A stretch of DNA of 64,000 nucleotides. It comes from Azolla caroliniana (taxonomy: Eukaryota > Plantae > Polypodiophyta). The notes beneath the pieces are model-generated. The model was given only the letters and a program-made list of their open reading frames with translations, did not search any database and was not told where the DNA came from. The stretch's first letter is position 1, and every line of letters begins with the position of its first letter. Made by a program: the position numbers and the translations under genes. Positions 36,961 to 48,767 of the stretch are shown here, in pieces. The DNA is taken from contig JBHGNT010000012.1 of the NCBI GenBank assembly GCA_043228905.1, positions 13,516,001 through 13,580,000 of the forward strand. The letters are read 5' to 3'.

Positions 36961-39876
36961 TTACTCATTTTGTTTGCGAAGCTCCTTTACTCTCATAGAT
37001 TCAATCTTTTCTGCATCTTCTTGCCTACCAGAAGCTGTATAAATATTAGCCATAAGTACATACGCTGATGCAAGATTAGTATCCAGCTGTACAGCCTCGT
37101 TAAATGCTATTTCCCCAATGTTCACGTTTGCCCACTTGCTACAAGCACCCAATAATGCAAGCCAAACTGAAGGTTCCTCACATGATGGCATTGAATTAAT
37201 TACTGACATTGCCTTGTCAAATTGACCCGAACACCCAAAAATCACAACCATGCAAGAATGATGCTCTGTCTTTGGTGCTATGCCATACTCTTTACTCATA
37301 TCCTCATAATACAGTTGGGCAATGTCTGATTTGCCTGCGTGCCGGCATGCGTTCAAAACACTTAGGAAAGTGACCTCGTTAGGTGAGAAACCTTCCCTTC
37401 GCATGCGTTCGAAACAGATTATCGCCTCCTGCCAATGCCCCTGTTCAGCATATCCTGCAATTAGTGCAGACCAAGAAACTACATCCCGAACATGAAGTTC
37501 TTCATGCACTTGCCGTGCCTTTGACAAAAACCCACATTTGGCAAACATATCTACCAAAGCAGTTCCTAGCATAATACTTTTCTCCAATAAACCAACATTA
37601 ATAATCTCAGTGTGAATTTGTTTTCCCTTGTCAATTGCTCCTATGCTACCACAAGCTTTCAGAACACAAGTAAAGGTGATCTCATCTGGAGTGAGACCCT
37701 CTTTCTGCATCTGTACAAAACATTTCAGTGCCTCGTGACTTTGACCCCCTGATGCATACCCTGAAATTACTGCATTCCATGAGACAACATTTCGAACAGG
37801 AAAATCATTAAGAACTTCCAAGGCTTTAGAAGGTGCCCCACATTTTGCATACATATCCACCAAAGCATTGCAAAGAGTGATATCCTTCCCGAACAAGCTT
37901 CTATCCACCAACTCATCATGGATTTTCATACCCTTGTCAATAGCTTGTATGCTGCTACAGGCCTTCAAAACCGAAATAAGGGTGACCTCGTTAGGAGAGA
38001 AACCTTCTCTTTGCATCTCTTCAAAACAATTCAGCGCTTCGTGACCTAGCCCCTCATCAGCATAGCCTGCGATTAATGCAGACCAGGAGACAACATCTCG
38101 AAGAGGGAGCTTTTCAAACACTTCCTGTGCTTTTGCAAGTGCACCACATTTGGCATACATATTCACCAAAGAAGTACCAATGACTCTGTCTTTCTTTAGC
38201 AAACCCTTTGCTACTATCTGTTCATGAATCTCTTTTCCCTTGTCAATAGCCCTTGTGTTGCCACAGGCCTTCAACACACAAGCAAATGTCACCTCATCTG
38301 GAGAAAGACCCTCTTGTTGTATGCTTGCAAAACAATTTATAGCTTCATTACTTTGCTCATGTTGCACATACCCTGCCATCAGAGAATTCCAGGAGACTAT
38401 ATTTCGAGTAGGAAGTTCTTCGAGTGTTTTCCGTGCTTTCACAAGCACACCACATTTGGCATACATATCCACTAAAGCATTGCCCAACATGATGTTTTTA
38501 CCAAGAATGCCCTTCTGGACAATCTCTTCATGAATTTGTTTGCCCTTGTCAATGGCTCCAACGCTTCCGCAAGCCTTAAGAATGCAAACAAAGGTCACTT
38601 CGTTTGGAGATATGCCCTCCCTTTGCATCCTTCTGAAACAGTCAATGGCTTCAAGGCACTGGCCTTCTTGAGCATATCCTGCAATAAGTGTAGACCAAGA
38701 AACTACGTCCCGGACAGGAAGTGCATCAAGCACTAGTTGTGCCTTTGCATGCATACCAAATTTGACATACATATCCACCAAAGAATTTCCAAGAATTGTT
38801 GCAGTTTTCTTCAACAATCCTCGATTAACAATCTCATTGTGAATTTGCTTTCCTTTATCCATAGACCCTGTTGTACCACAAGCCTTCAAAATGCATGCAA
38901 ATGTCACCTCATTTGGTGAAACACCTTCCCTTTGCATCTGCGTGAAACAGTTTAGTGCTTCGTGACACTGCCCTGCTTGAATGTATCCTGCAATCAGCGC
39001 TGACCAAGATACTACACTTCGATCTGGAATTGCTTTGAGCACTCGTTCTGCTTCTGAAAACATGCCACATTTGGCATACATGTCCACAAGGGCATTGCTG
39101 AGTGCAACATGTTTGTCAAGCAAGTTCCTCTCAATGATCTCATCATGAATTTGTTTGCCCTTTTCAATGGCACTAACATTGCCACACGCCTTCAAAATAC
39201 AAACGAAGGTGACCTCATTTGGAGAGATACCTTCCCATTGCATCTGATAAAAACAATCGATCGCTTCATTACCCTGGCCAGCTTGAGCATACCCTGCAAT
39301 CAGTGCAGACCAAGAGATGACATTACGGACTGGAAGCTCTTCGAAAACATTCTGTGCTTTAGCAAGTAAACCACATTTTGCATACATATCCACTAAACCA
39401 TTTCCAACCATAACACTTTTTTCCACCATACCCTTTTGCAATATCTCGGCATGAAGCTTCTTGCCATTAGCAATGGCTCCTATGGAACCACAAGCCTTCA
39501 AGATGCAAATGTAGGTGACCACATCTGGCGATATTCCCTCTCTTTGCATCGTTTCCAAACACTCGACAGCTTCATGACCTAGTCCTTCTTGAGCATACCC
39601 TGAAATTAAAGCATTCCAACAGACAGAATCCCGAAAAGTAAGCTCTTCAAGGACATTTCGAGCTTTAGGGAGCTGGCCGCATTTTGCAAACAAATTGATT
39701 AGACTGCAAGCAATGTGAGGGCTTCTTTGGAGCAACCCCTGCTTCAGAATATGAGCATGGAGTTGAGAGCCTTTGCAAATATCCCTCGTCTCAGCCGAAT
39801 TCTTCAGTAACTGAAGAAGACTAGGTTCTATCTGACAAACTTGGGTCATCATGCCATTCACCTGCAACCCATTCAT
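36961..39876 (-). CDS. PLS-class pentatricopeptide repeat protein, E subclass (organellar RNA-editing factor-like), no DYW domain
   Basis: Intact intronless 971-aa ORF; eight P motifs (xxSWxALIxGY) in about 102-aa P-L-S triplets, then P2-L2-S2 (FLSVLNACRHAG), E1 (VWLALLGAC) and E2 (AYVLMANIY). Confidence 0.96.
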   Translation of the reverse strand: MNGLQVNGMMTQVCQIEPSLLQLLKNSAETRDICKGSQLHAHILKQGLLQRSPHIACSLINLFAKCGQLPKARNVLEELTFRDSVCWNALISGYAQEGLGHEAVECLETMQREGISPDVVTYICILKACGSIGAIANGKKLHAEILQKGMVEKSVMVGNGLVDMYAKCGLLAKAQNVFEELPVRNVISWSALIAGYAQAGQGNEAIDCFYQMQWEGISPNEVTFVCILKACGNVSAIEKGKQIHDEIIERNLLDKHVALSNALVDMYAKCGMFSEAERVLKAIPDRSVVSWSALIAGYIQAGQCHEALNCFTQMQREGVSPNEVTFACILKACGTTGSMDKGKQIHNEIVNRGLLKKTATILGNSLVDMYVKFGMHAKAQLVLDALPVRDVVSWSTLIAGYAQEGQCLEAIDCFRRMQREGISPNEVTFVCILKACGSVGAIDKGKQIHEEIVQKGILGKNIMLGNALVDMYAKCGVLVKARKTLEELPTRNIVSWNSLMAGYVQHEQSNEAINCFASIQQEGLSPDEVTFACVLKACGNTRAIDKGKEIHEQIVAKGLLKKDRVIGTSLVNMYAKCGALAKAQEVFEKLPLRDVVSWSALIAGYADEGLGHEALNCFEEMQREGFSPNEVTLISVLKACSSIQAIDKGMKIHDELVDRSLFGKDITLCNALVDMYAKCGAPSKALEVLNDFPVRNVVSWNAVISGYASGGQSHEALKCFVQMQKEGLTPDEITFTCVLKACGSIGAIDKGKQIHTEIINVGLLEKSIMLGTALVDMFAKCGFLSKARQVHEELHVRDVVSWSALIAGYAEQGHWQEAIICFERMRREGFSPNEVTFLSVLNACRHAGKSDIAQLYYEDMSKEYGIAPKTEHHSCMVVIFGCSGQFDKAMSVINSMPSCEEPSVWLALLGACSKWANVNIGEIAFNEAVQLDTNLASAYVLMANIYTASGRQEDAEKIESMRVKELRKQNE

Positions 39877-40020
39877 TCACTATTTTTGTACGGACAAAGG
39901 TTTGTGAATAAACATGGATCAAACTGAAGTGATGGGGAACAAGATCAAAACCAGAATTCTTCTGGGGAGAGGAAATGGTGGAATACACACACGTCTCCTA
40001 CACATACATAGATAGCCTAA

Positions 40021-40486
40021 CAATCGGCGACGGTTCGGTTCGAGAGGGTCAAAACCAATCCGGTTTGAAACCAAACCATTTAAAATTTTTGAAACCTGAA
40101 CCAAACCAGGAAACCATTAAACCGAACCATTCTAAAACTTTCCAACCGTTAAGCCATTAAACCAATAAAACTGCAGTTTTGTGGTTCGGTTTTCAGCTTA
40201 GGTCAAATTTTAAATTTTAAATTTTTAAATATTTAAAATATTTCATTATTTAAAATTTCAAAATTTCAAAGAATTTCCTATTAAGGCATGAAAATGAAAA
40301 GATTGTTTAAAAACTTCTTCTTCTTCTTTTTAAATTTAAAAAAAATAAAAAAACCGTTAAACCATGGTTCTAACTGTTGAAACTGAACCGAACCGTTAAA
40401 ACAAACCCGAACCTAACTGAATCCTTTAAACCATTAAGCCACGGTTTCGCAATTCGGTTCGGTTCAAATCAAACCGTTGCCAATTA
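40021..40486. mobile_element. MITE, hAT-like (AAACCG/CGGTTT-rich)
   Basis: Imperfect TIR AATCGGCGACGGTTCGGTTCGA versus reverse complement AATTGGCAACGGTTTGATTTGA; AT-rich core; TSD not resolved. Confidence 0.65.
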
Positions 40487-40700
40487 TTACACATACCTAT
40501 GAGTAACATTTACAAGGCCTAGGTTCTTTGCATGAGAAGTTGATTGTGCCTAACCATAGTACGTAATATACTCGAATGTATTGGCAAACATTCTTTTTTA
40601 TACGAATGCAAACAAATGCGTATGCTATCAAAACATTCTTATGTTTTTTTACACTTTTTACCTGAACTTTCTTACCTTCAAATAAAAATTACCTTATAAT

Positions 40701-41108
40701 TGTTAAGAGATCAAGCTCAACTTAGTTTAGTTATTTCGTCAACCATGTAACTTCGTATTACCTAGATAGAATCTAGTTAGGAGTGTTGACTATAACGCCT
40801 TTAATAGGACCTTGTACTTAAGTGGGATCCACTCCTAAGTACATTTAATATAGGACTTACACCTTAGTACCTATATTCTACTCAAACATGTGCACCTTTG
40901 CACATGAGATGTATATATACCTCATTGTGGGTATTTTTGTATTTTGATGATGATAATGCTAATTTAATATAGAGTTAATCATCCCCCATCTTGTGTTGCT
41001 CATAAGTGTATCTTCCTCTCTCTCTTTCTCTCACACACATACACACACATATCACATAATCTTCCGCTTATCAACTAATCACATCATTAGGTACTAATTA
41101 ACCCTTGA
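40701..41108 (+). mobile_element. Solo LTR, E family
   Basis: Starts TGTTAAGAGATCAAGCTCAAC like 63414; inverted homolog at 41787..42221; right end degenerate. Confidence 0.7.
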
Positions 41109-41229
41109 TTAATTACTTACATAATTCTTTACAATAATAAATAATGAATACAAAAGTATGGTATTTACCATACATAATTCAAGGGTGTTTACCATACTCA
41201 AACGATTGAAACATTCTCGAATGTGAATG

Positions 41230-42370
41230 CACATACGGTTCCATACTATGTGTCTGACTTTCTCGAGGATATGCAACCCTTGGTGCTCTCGACAAACAAT
41301 GTGCACATGTGCAGTTCCAAGAGCCACAAACTAAGTTGTGGTTATTTGATACAATTGTCACACCAACTCTTCTCTATGGAGTAAAAACCTGGGGATCGAG
41401 TCTTAACAAGGCCAATCATTGGAAACATTTAGAGAGACCATTAGTGTCAATGATTGCCCGCATGATAAGGAGCAAAGCATTGGTGCCCCATGATATAATC
41501 CGAACAGAGATTGGAGCACCACCTATTATCACCGAAGCATTATTTCGATCAGTGAGATGTATCCAACGTCTTTAGGAGCTCCCGAAACGAAGGTACCCAA
41601 GGTTGGCACTTATGTCATCAAGGCATTTGGTTGATATTGGAGACATCCATTGTTGGTATGTTGAAATGCAGCAATGGTTTGAGTCACATGGCATGAGTAT
41701 AAATGCACTACCCTAGTTCTAGTGTATAGCTTGGACTCTCCCCATCTAAATATGACCAAAGTGGAAAAGAATAGAGTGATCCGAACTGTTAAGGATTAGG
41801 TAATTAATTAAGGAATAATTATTACCTAATTATGTGATTACGTAGCGGAAGATTAAGTGATATGTGTGTGTATGTGTGCGTGAGAGGAAGAGAGAGAGAA
41901 GTACACTTATGAACACAAAAACAAGATGGGGGATGATAAAGTATATTAAAAGATAAATATCATCAAATACAAAAATACCTTCAATGAGGTATATATAGGT
42001 TTCATGTGTAAGGGTGCACATGTGTTAGGAGAATATAGATACAACGTGTAAGTCCTATATTAAATGAACATGGAGTGGTGGATCTACAATGTATCCCACT
42101 CGAGTACAAAATCCTATTTAAGGCTTTATGGTCAACACACTAACTAGATTCTAGCTAGGTAACTACTAAGTTACATGTGTTAACTAACTAACTAAACTAA
42201 GTTGAGCTTGATCTATCAACACGAACTTATATTACAAACTGGGAAACCAAGATAACATGCATCAGCCCCAAATTATCACTTGATACAAAGATGGTCGACT
42301 ACAACACACACTTCTTACACACATGAGATGATGGATTCATTATCAGGCCACCTTATATGGACATACATCT
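41230..42370 (+). pseudogene. LINE (RTE-like) ORF2 3' remnant
   Basis: KLWLFDTIVTPTLLYGVKTWG resembles the region after non-LTR RT; split by a solo LTR; boundaries approximate. Confidence 0.65.
41787..42221 (-). mobile_element. Solo LTR, E family
   Basis: TG...CA ends; perfect TSD CGAAC. Confidence 0.88.
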
Positions 42371-43047
42371 ATCCTATGTGTTTAATGAGTGTTAGTGTTA
42401 AATTACTTGCTATAGCCCTCAAAAACAACTCTATTATGCGATTTGTACCTCTCTTTTAAACTCTATTACTACTACTACAAATCGTCCCTTGGTAGTCTTC
42501 AATTGGTCAAGTTTCTTTGCAAGTTATGCTTCCTTTTCCTCATCCAAATATCCATCATCTTCAATTTCCATGCTCAACCCTGTTATTGTTTTCTCTATCT
42601 GAAGGCACTTGGATTATAAAAACCATTTAAAATTTTTATTACACAAATAGTTTTTGAAGTTACTTTGATTATATCACATTTAAACACAAACAAATAGACA
42701 AAACCAACTAAATCATATGAAACTTACAATTTGGTTTGGGACATATAGGAAATGCACTCCGAAAACGTTTTCTTACGTCGAGGAGAAAAAGTTACTAGCC
42801 ATTTCTAAAGTGTAGTTTTTAAACTTAATTATACAATCCTCTTCCTTGTGAATAATTCATCAACAAAATAGAGCTACATTACTCATATGCCATGATCACA
42901 TGAAAAAGATCATTAAAAATCACTCTTAGGAACAACAAAGCAACGCATTAAATGTTTATGACAAAAGAGAAAGTAGTTTATTTAAGCCCATGACATCTTT
43001 CTTCCATTTCTGGAACACATCTTTAATAGAGCTATATTTGACGGTTT

Positions 43048-44719
43048 TGTTAGGCAAATATCTAAACGTGAACCTGGCTGAATGGTAGGTCATAGTCAAG
43101 TTGTCCGGTTCAGACAGAAATGCTAGTTCACAAACTTTCTATGGATACACACACAAAGTAAATAGTACAACAACATGAAATCTGACACAAATATTTTACG
43201 TGGAAACCTTGATAGGGAAAACCACAGGATCCCACAAACTCCAAAAACAGTTTCATTATATTGAGTGCTTACAACAAATTTCTTCCCTAGTCAACTAGGG
43301 GTATTCCAAAGTTCTATCTGGCCACAACTAGATGCAAAACCTTTGTTTGTATACAGATGGATAACAACAGAGAATAGGTGAAAAGAAAACAACAAAGGAC
43401 AACAGAGCATGTAGCGTAGAGATGTCAACCTTAAAGGTCGGATCCATGGACCGATGCTCAACACAGATTTGGTCTACGCTACTATGTACACCTTCTTCGT
43501 CTCCTTTGTCTTCTTCAACACACACTCACAAGCTTGATGCTCGTCTACTCTACTCTATGTGTTCTATTTTGTTCAGCATAACTTTAACATTGTTTTTGCC
43601 CTAACTATATTTATACTCATATATACATATATGAGTATTTTTAAATATAGCCCCAAATCAACTTCAACCGAATTGGCTATTAGTCAACAATTAGGCTCGG
43701 CCGAGTCGACTATCAACCGATTCGGATGGGGGCTAAATTCTGCTCTTATTTCTAGTCGGCTCCTAATAAGCTTTCATCTCTCAGCCGACCAACCGACTCT
43801 TGGTACATAGGGCACATCCAATTCTTGGCAAGACAACTAACATCCAGTCAGCTCACTAATATCTCAATATACACTATCTGACTCCCACTGGACAATCGGC
43901 TTGTGGCTAGTTCTCAGCTGATCTGCTCTAAGCCAATCCGACTCTTTCCTCAACAAACTCCCCTTTCACTCCTAGAGGGGGAAGTGTACCAAACCTATCT
44001 TCTACCACCATGCTTTTAGTTTGTCCATAGATAAAACCTTGGTTAACATGTCAGATCCATTTTCACTTGTATGGATCTTTACAAGAGTGAAATCCCTTTC
44101 ATCCACCTTCTCTATTAGCCAATGATATCTCCTCTGGATATTCTTGGTTCGAAAATGGTAGGCAACAGTCTTTGCAATGTGGATGACACTCTGATTGTCA
44201 GAGTGATACTGCACTCTTGCTTGGAATTGGTAATGGCTCGAATAAACCATACGGATGACGTCAGGCATCTTTGCTCTGCAACATGTATCACATGTTCAAA
44301 CATAGCCTTCAACAAATCTTTAGAGATGGGGCCACCAAAAAGATCGGATTACTAAATATGTATCATGACAATTTTGTACGACTCAAAGGCGAGATGAACC
44401 ACTAAGAACATGCAAAAGATTTTTAAAGAAGAGTAATCCATCATGCCCTTTGAATTGCCAATAATCCGTACCTAATTGTTGTGACCGCAAACAGGATGCT
44501 TGGGCAAGATCAATTTGATCTAAGATATCTTGAGCAAAGACATATGTCTTCAGATCTTGACGTATTCTATCAATAATGTTGGAATCCAATGGAGTATCAA
44601 AAACAAAAGTTGCTTGAAGCCATGTGCTACATGTGTATCCTTCATCATCCAGTCGATCGACTGATATCAGGTTCAATCAAACTTTCGAAACGTGTCGTAC
44701 ATCTCTCAACACAAGTCTA
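43048..44719 (-). mobile_element. Copia remnant: 3' LTR (about 43048..43955), PPT, RNase H end, post-protease fragment, embedded chromovirus fragment
   Basis: HFRTKNIQRRYHW..ENGSDMLTK; NLISVDRLDDEGY; PPT TGAAAGGGGAG; left LTR end approximate. Confidence 0.78.
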
Positions 44720-45120
44720 TGTCATGAACGGGTGGAATGAGGCTAAGTACTAAGAGAGAGCGAGAGCATAAGCAAGATCACAAGATTGTCATGGACAAGT
44801 AGACGAGGTTCAATATTAAGGGATAGCAGGAGAGAGAGCATAGACAAGAGAACAAGCAAGAGAGAGAGAGAGAAAATAAACAAATGAACAAGAACTGAAT
44901 TATGCTTTCGTAACTAATGTTGTTCACCTTGATTATAATCAAGGTGCACCCCAATATTTATACAAGAATGTGGAGGTATGCATGAAAACTAGAAGACTTC
45001 GAGAGTGCATGGAAACTTCTAGAGAGTGCATAAAGATGCATTCTCTAGAAGGTTCTTGAAAGTTCTAGTGATCAATCTATAATGAAATAAGTTGAATCTT
45101 ATACAATACAATAATGCATG

Positions 45121-45191
45121 ATGGATGTAGCTCAACTGGTAAGGTTGCCCAATAAGACTAGAAGGTCATGGGTTCAACCCCCACCATTCGA
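45121..45191 (+). other. Degenerate tRNA-like segment inside LTR F, antisense to the element
   Basis: TAGCTCAACTGGTAAG A box, AGGTC variable loop, TGGG-TTCAACC-CCCA T arm, TGGATG/CATTCG acceptor-like pairing. Confidence 0.7.
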
Positions 45192-47723
45192 TGTGGCATC
45201 CTGTCTACGACATTATCCTCCCTCTAAGGCCGCCTCCTAGGACCTGCGGTCGGTTTCTGTGGATAGCGTTCATGAAATGCTCGAACTATGTCCATGGCAT
45301 GCTTGAGATGGTGTGTCGGCTCCCATGTTGCTTCGGAGATCAGGTACCCTTTCCAGAGGACAAGGTATTGAGGCTGGTGATAGAAGAGATGAGAGTCGAG
45401 AATTTGGTTGACCTCATATTCTTCTCTAGTTGAGAGCTAGATTGGTGGTGGAGGAGAAGGCTGTTGACTGGGGATTTCAGATATATGGTGCAGTTCTAGA
45501 AGGGAGACATGGAATACATTATGAATATGGAAGTGGGATGGTAGCTCTAAGAGGACAACCATGGAACCAATGTTTCTCGATGATTCGGAAAGGGCCTAAC
45601 TTCTTGTAATCAAGCTTCGGACATGGAATACATTATGAATACGGAAGTGGGATGGTAGCTCTAAGAGGACAACCATGGAACCAATGTTTCTCGATGATTC
45701 GGAAAGAGGGCCTAACTTCTTGTAATCAAGCTTCGGACAAGGACGAGCGGTTGCAATATTGCGAAGGAGAAGCCAAACAAAGTCACCTAGCTCGAACCGG
45801 GGAGCATCTAAGCGAAGACGGTCAGGTTGCTCCTTGTAGCGTTCGCCAGTGAGGGTGAGATCCAAGGAAAGATTGCAATGTACATCCTCCAAGAGACGTG
45901 CTCGGTCCTCTACAGAAGGATTGACAGAGTCTTAGGGAAGCGAAATGTTGAAGCAGGGGTGGAGACCGTAGTTTGCGACAAATGGAGTAACTCATGTAGA
46001 TGCATGCAGAGAGTCATTGTAGGCGAACTTGGCAAGTGGGAGACGGTCAACCCGGCGAGAGCACCGCAAGGCCAGAAATCGGAAACAAATTATGGTCCTC
46101 GATCAGAAGTGATATCATTCGGGAGTCCATGTAGTCGAACCACATTTTTGAAAAATAAAATCGGATGTCTCCTCTCCGGTAATGGTTTTGGCACATGGAG
46201 AAAAATGAGCCATCTTGGTGAAGCGATTGGCCCTGATGAATACCAAGTCATAGCCACCAACAAAAGGAAGGTCAATGATGAAATCCATGGAAAGAGAGGC
46301 ACAAGGCCGGTTGGGGATGGGGAGAGGGTGAAGGAGACCATTTGGTCGATGATGAGATGCTTTAGAGCGAGCACAAATGTCACATGATTTAACGAACTCG
46401 TTGACTAATTACCATGGTTGTGGCCACCAGTACCCTCGAGATACCAACTCCAAGGTTTTCGCAACGCCAAAATGACCAACAATTGGATCATCGTGACACT
46501 CGTGAGGCACCCTGGTCCACCAAGGACCTTTTGGGACATACAAAAGATTATCCATCTTGTAAAACGAGGTAAATCGGGCCTTTTGGGTTTGTGGGAGGGG
46601 TTTGTGATACTTGCCTTGACCTCTGTGGCAAACTTGTCAGTCATAGTGGCTTTTGCTATTTTCTTGAGTAAAGAGTCATCCCGGAGCAAGCAAGTCGTGA
46701 AGTTCTAGAATTGGTCATGCTTTAACAAACTCTGGGACTACTGAACATAGGCTTCATCCTCCGGAGTGAGCTTGAACTCAGACCGACAGGATAAGACATC
46801 GGCCATCATGTGTTGAGCACCGGGTCGAAAGATTATCTCAAAATCATAGTATGCTAAGAAGGTTGAACATCGCGCCTGTCTATGATTTAAGGTTTGTGTG
46901 GTAGAAAAGTTTATTAGATTTTTGTGATCGGTAATCACTTGGATACGGTGTTGTGCCCTGGCTAAATAGGGTCTCCATTCTTCAAAAGAAGCAATAATAG
47001 CGAGAAGCTCCTTGTCATATATGGGGTAGTTGATTTCTGAGGCCGTGAATTTGCGGGAGTAGTAAGCCACTAGGTGAAGCACACCGACCTCATCTGGCTG
47101 GGAGAGGATCGCCACAATGGTGAAATTGGAAGCATCCATTTCGACTTAATAAAGCTTAGTGGGGTCAGGATGTAAAAGGACTGGTGCCATAGTAAATGCT
47201 TGTTTCAACAAGTCGAATGCATTTTGTGTAGTTGTTGTCCATTCAAAAGTAGGATCCTTGCGGGGAAGAATAATGAGAGGTTGTGCAATCACTGAGAATC
47301 CTTTGATTTGCACATCTCGTACCCGATTTGAGACAACCCACTCTTGGATAGTCTTGACTTTCTGTGTGTCCATTGTGATTCCCTATGTCGAAATGATAGA
47401 CCCAAGAAACTCTACAGAAGTATGATCAAATTCACATTTTTCACTTTTAGCATAGAGTCCATGTTTGTGAAGTTTGGCGAGGACTAACTTGACATGTCAA
47501 GTATGCTCCGTGATGTTTGAAGAGAAGACCAAGATATCATCTAGATAGATCACAACAAAGTGATCTAGATATTCTCGGAAGATGTCATTCATCATATGCC
47601 GAAATATTGCACGAGCATTAGTGAGACCGAAACGCATTACCTTATACTCGAAATGACCGTAGCACGTTCTAAAGGTTGTTTTCCATTCATCTCCAGGTTT
47701 GATCCAGACGAGATTGTATGCTC

Positions 47724-48392
47724 TGTTGGGAATATGTCCCTCCAGTGGGAGGAAGAGCCGACTGTTCGGAAAGCCAACTGTCGAAGGGTCGAAAACAGAG
47801 TTTGACTGTTATTACTATTATGGTAATAGTAATGATGATGTTAGGAAACATGTCACTCCGGATGGGGAGAAAAATCCGATCGTCAAGAAAGCCGACAATC
47901 GAGGAGCCGAGTTGATGAGGGACTCGGCCAAGGCCGAAACTAGAATTGTGTATATAGCCAACTCGGGAGACTATACTTGTAAATAGTCTAAGTGTGCGCC
48001 CCATGAGGGCTATGTATGTAAATAGACGGAAGTTGCGTAAGTATATATGCAACTAGGGAAAACTTTTAGGTAAGAACAGAGTTAGATCTGTAGTGTGTAG
48101 GAGAGCGAGAGAGAGAGAGTGTGTGTGAGCTGCGCCATAGCTGTGTGAGTAACAACAGACGCGAAGAGCCCTGTGCGGCTGATACACTCGATAGAGTGTT
48201 GTATTCCTCTCGGTGTTGTATATCCACTTTGTATAGTGAAGATTTTGTTCACCCGTGGTTTTCCTTGTTTTAGGGTTTCCAGGTAAATCTCTGTGCACCA
48301 TTGTTCATCTTGTCTTTCAGGCATTTCTGTAAATTGTATTTCAACGCGTAGTTTGTTTATTGTGATTTATATTCCGCAATGATTTCTCAACA
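47724..48392 (+). mobile_element. Solo Copia-type LTR
   Basis: TGTTG...CAACA ends; perfect TSD TGCTC; interrupts F RT. Confidence 0.9.
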
Positions 48393-48767
48393 TGCTCCCT
48401 TTAGGTCAATCTTAGAGAAGATCCGCCTAGTTCGGAGTCGATCCAACAACTCTGGGATGAGAGGCAGTGGGTAGCGGTTGTGAACAGTAATCTTGGTTAG
48501 ACCCCGATAGTCGATGCAGAGGCGTAAGGAGCCATCTTTCTCTTTCACAAACAAAATAGGAGCTCTTGGTGGTGATTTTGAGGGTTGAATAAAACCCTTT
48601 TCAAGGTTCTCGTCGAGATAAGTTTGGAGTTCCTGGAGTTCTAGTTCCGACAACCCATAAATTGGGTCAAAGGGAGGACTGACACCTACTTGTAGATCGA
48701 TCAAACAGTCCTAGCGTCGATGCTTAGGCAAGTGATCAACATTCATTTTCTCAAACACGTCCCTGAA

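Larger units (their letters stand above)
44720..48767 (-). mobile_element. Chromovirus F, 3' part (RT, RH, INT, chromodomain remnant, 3' LTR 44720..45212)
   Basis: [17 protein letters not shown]; DASNF, DKELLAI; [13 protein letters not shown]; PPT about 45214..45226; LTR TGTCG...TGACA. Confidence 0.88.

Noticed and set aside
40701-42221. Single MULE-like element with 400-bp TIRs carrying a captured gene
   Set aside because: Arms are LTRs (homolog at 63414 has a PBS), the right arm has its own 5-bp TSD, and the LINE remnant continues past it
45121-45191. Functional tRNA gene (also 7531..7600)
   Set aside because: Anticodon arm and D stem do not pair properly; kept only as a tRNA-derived module
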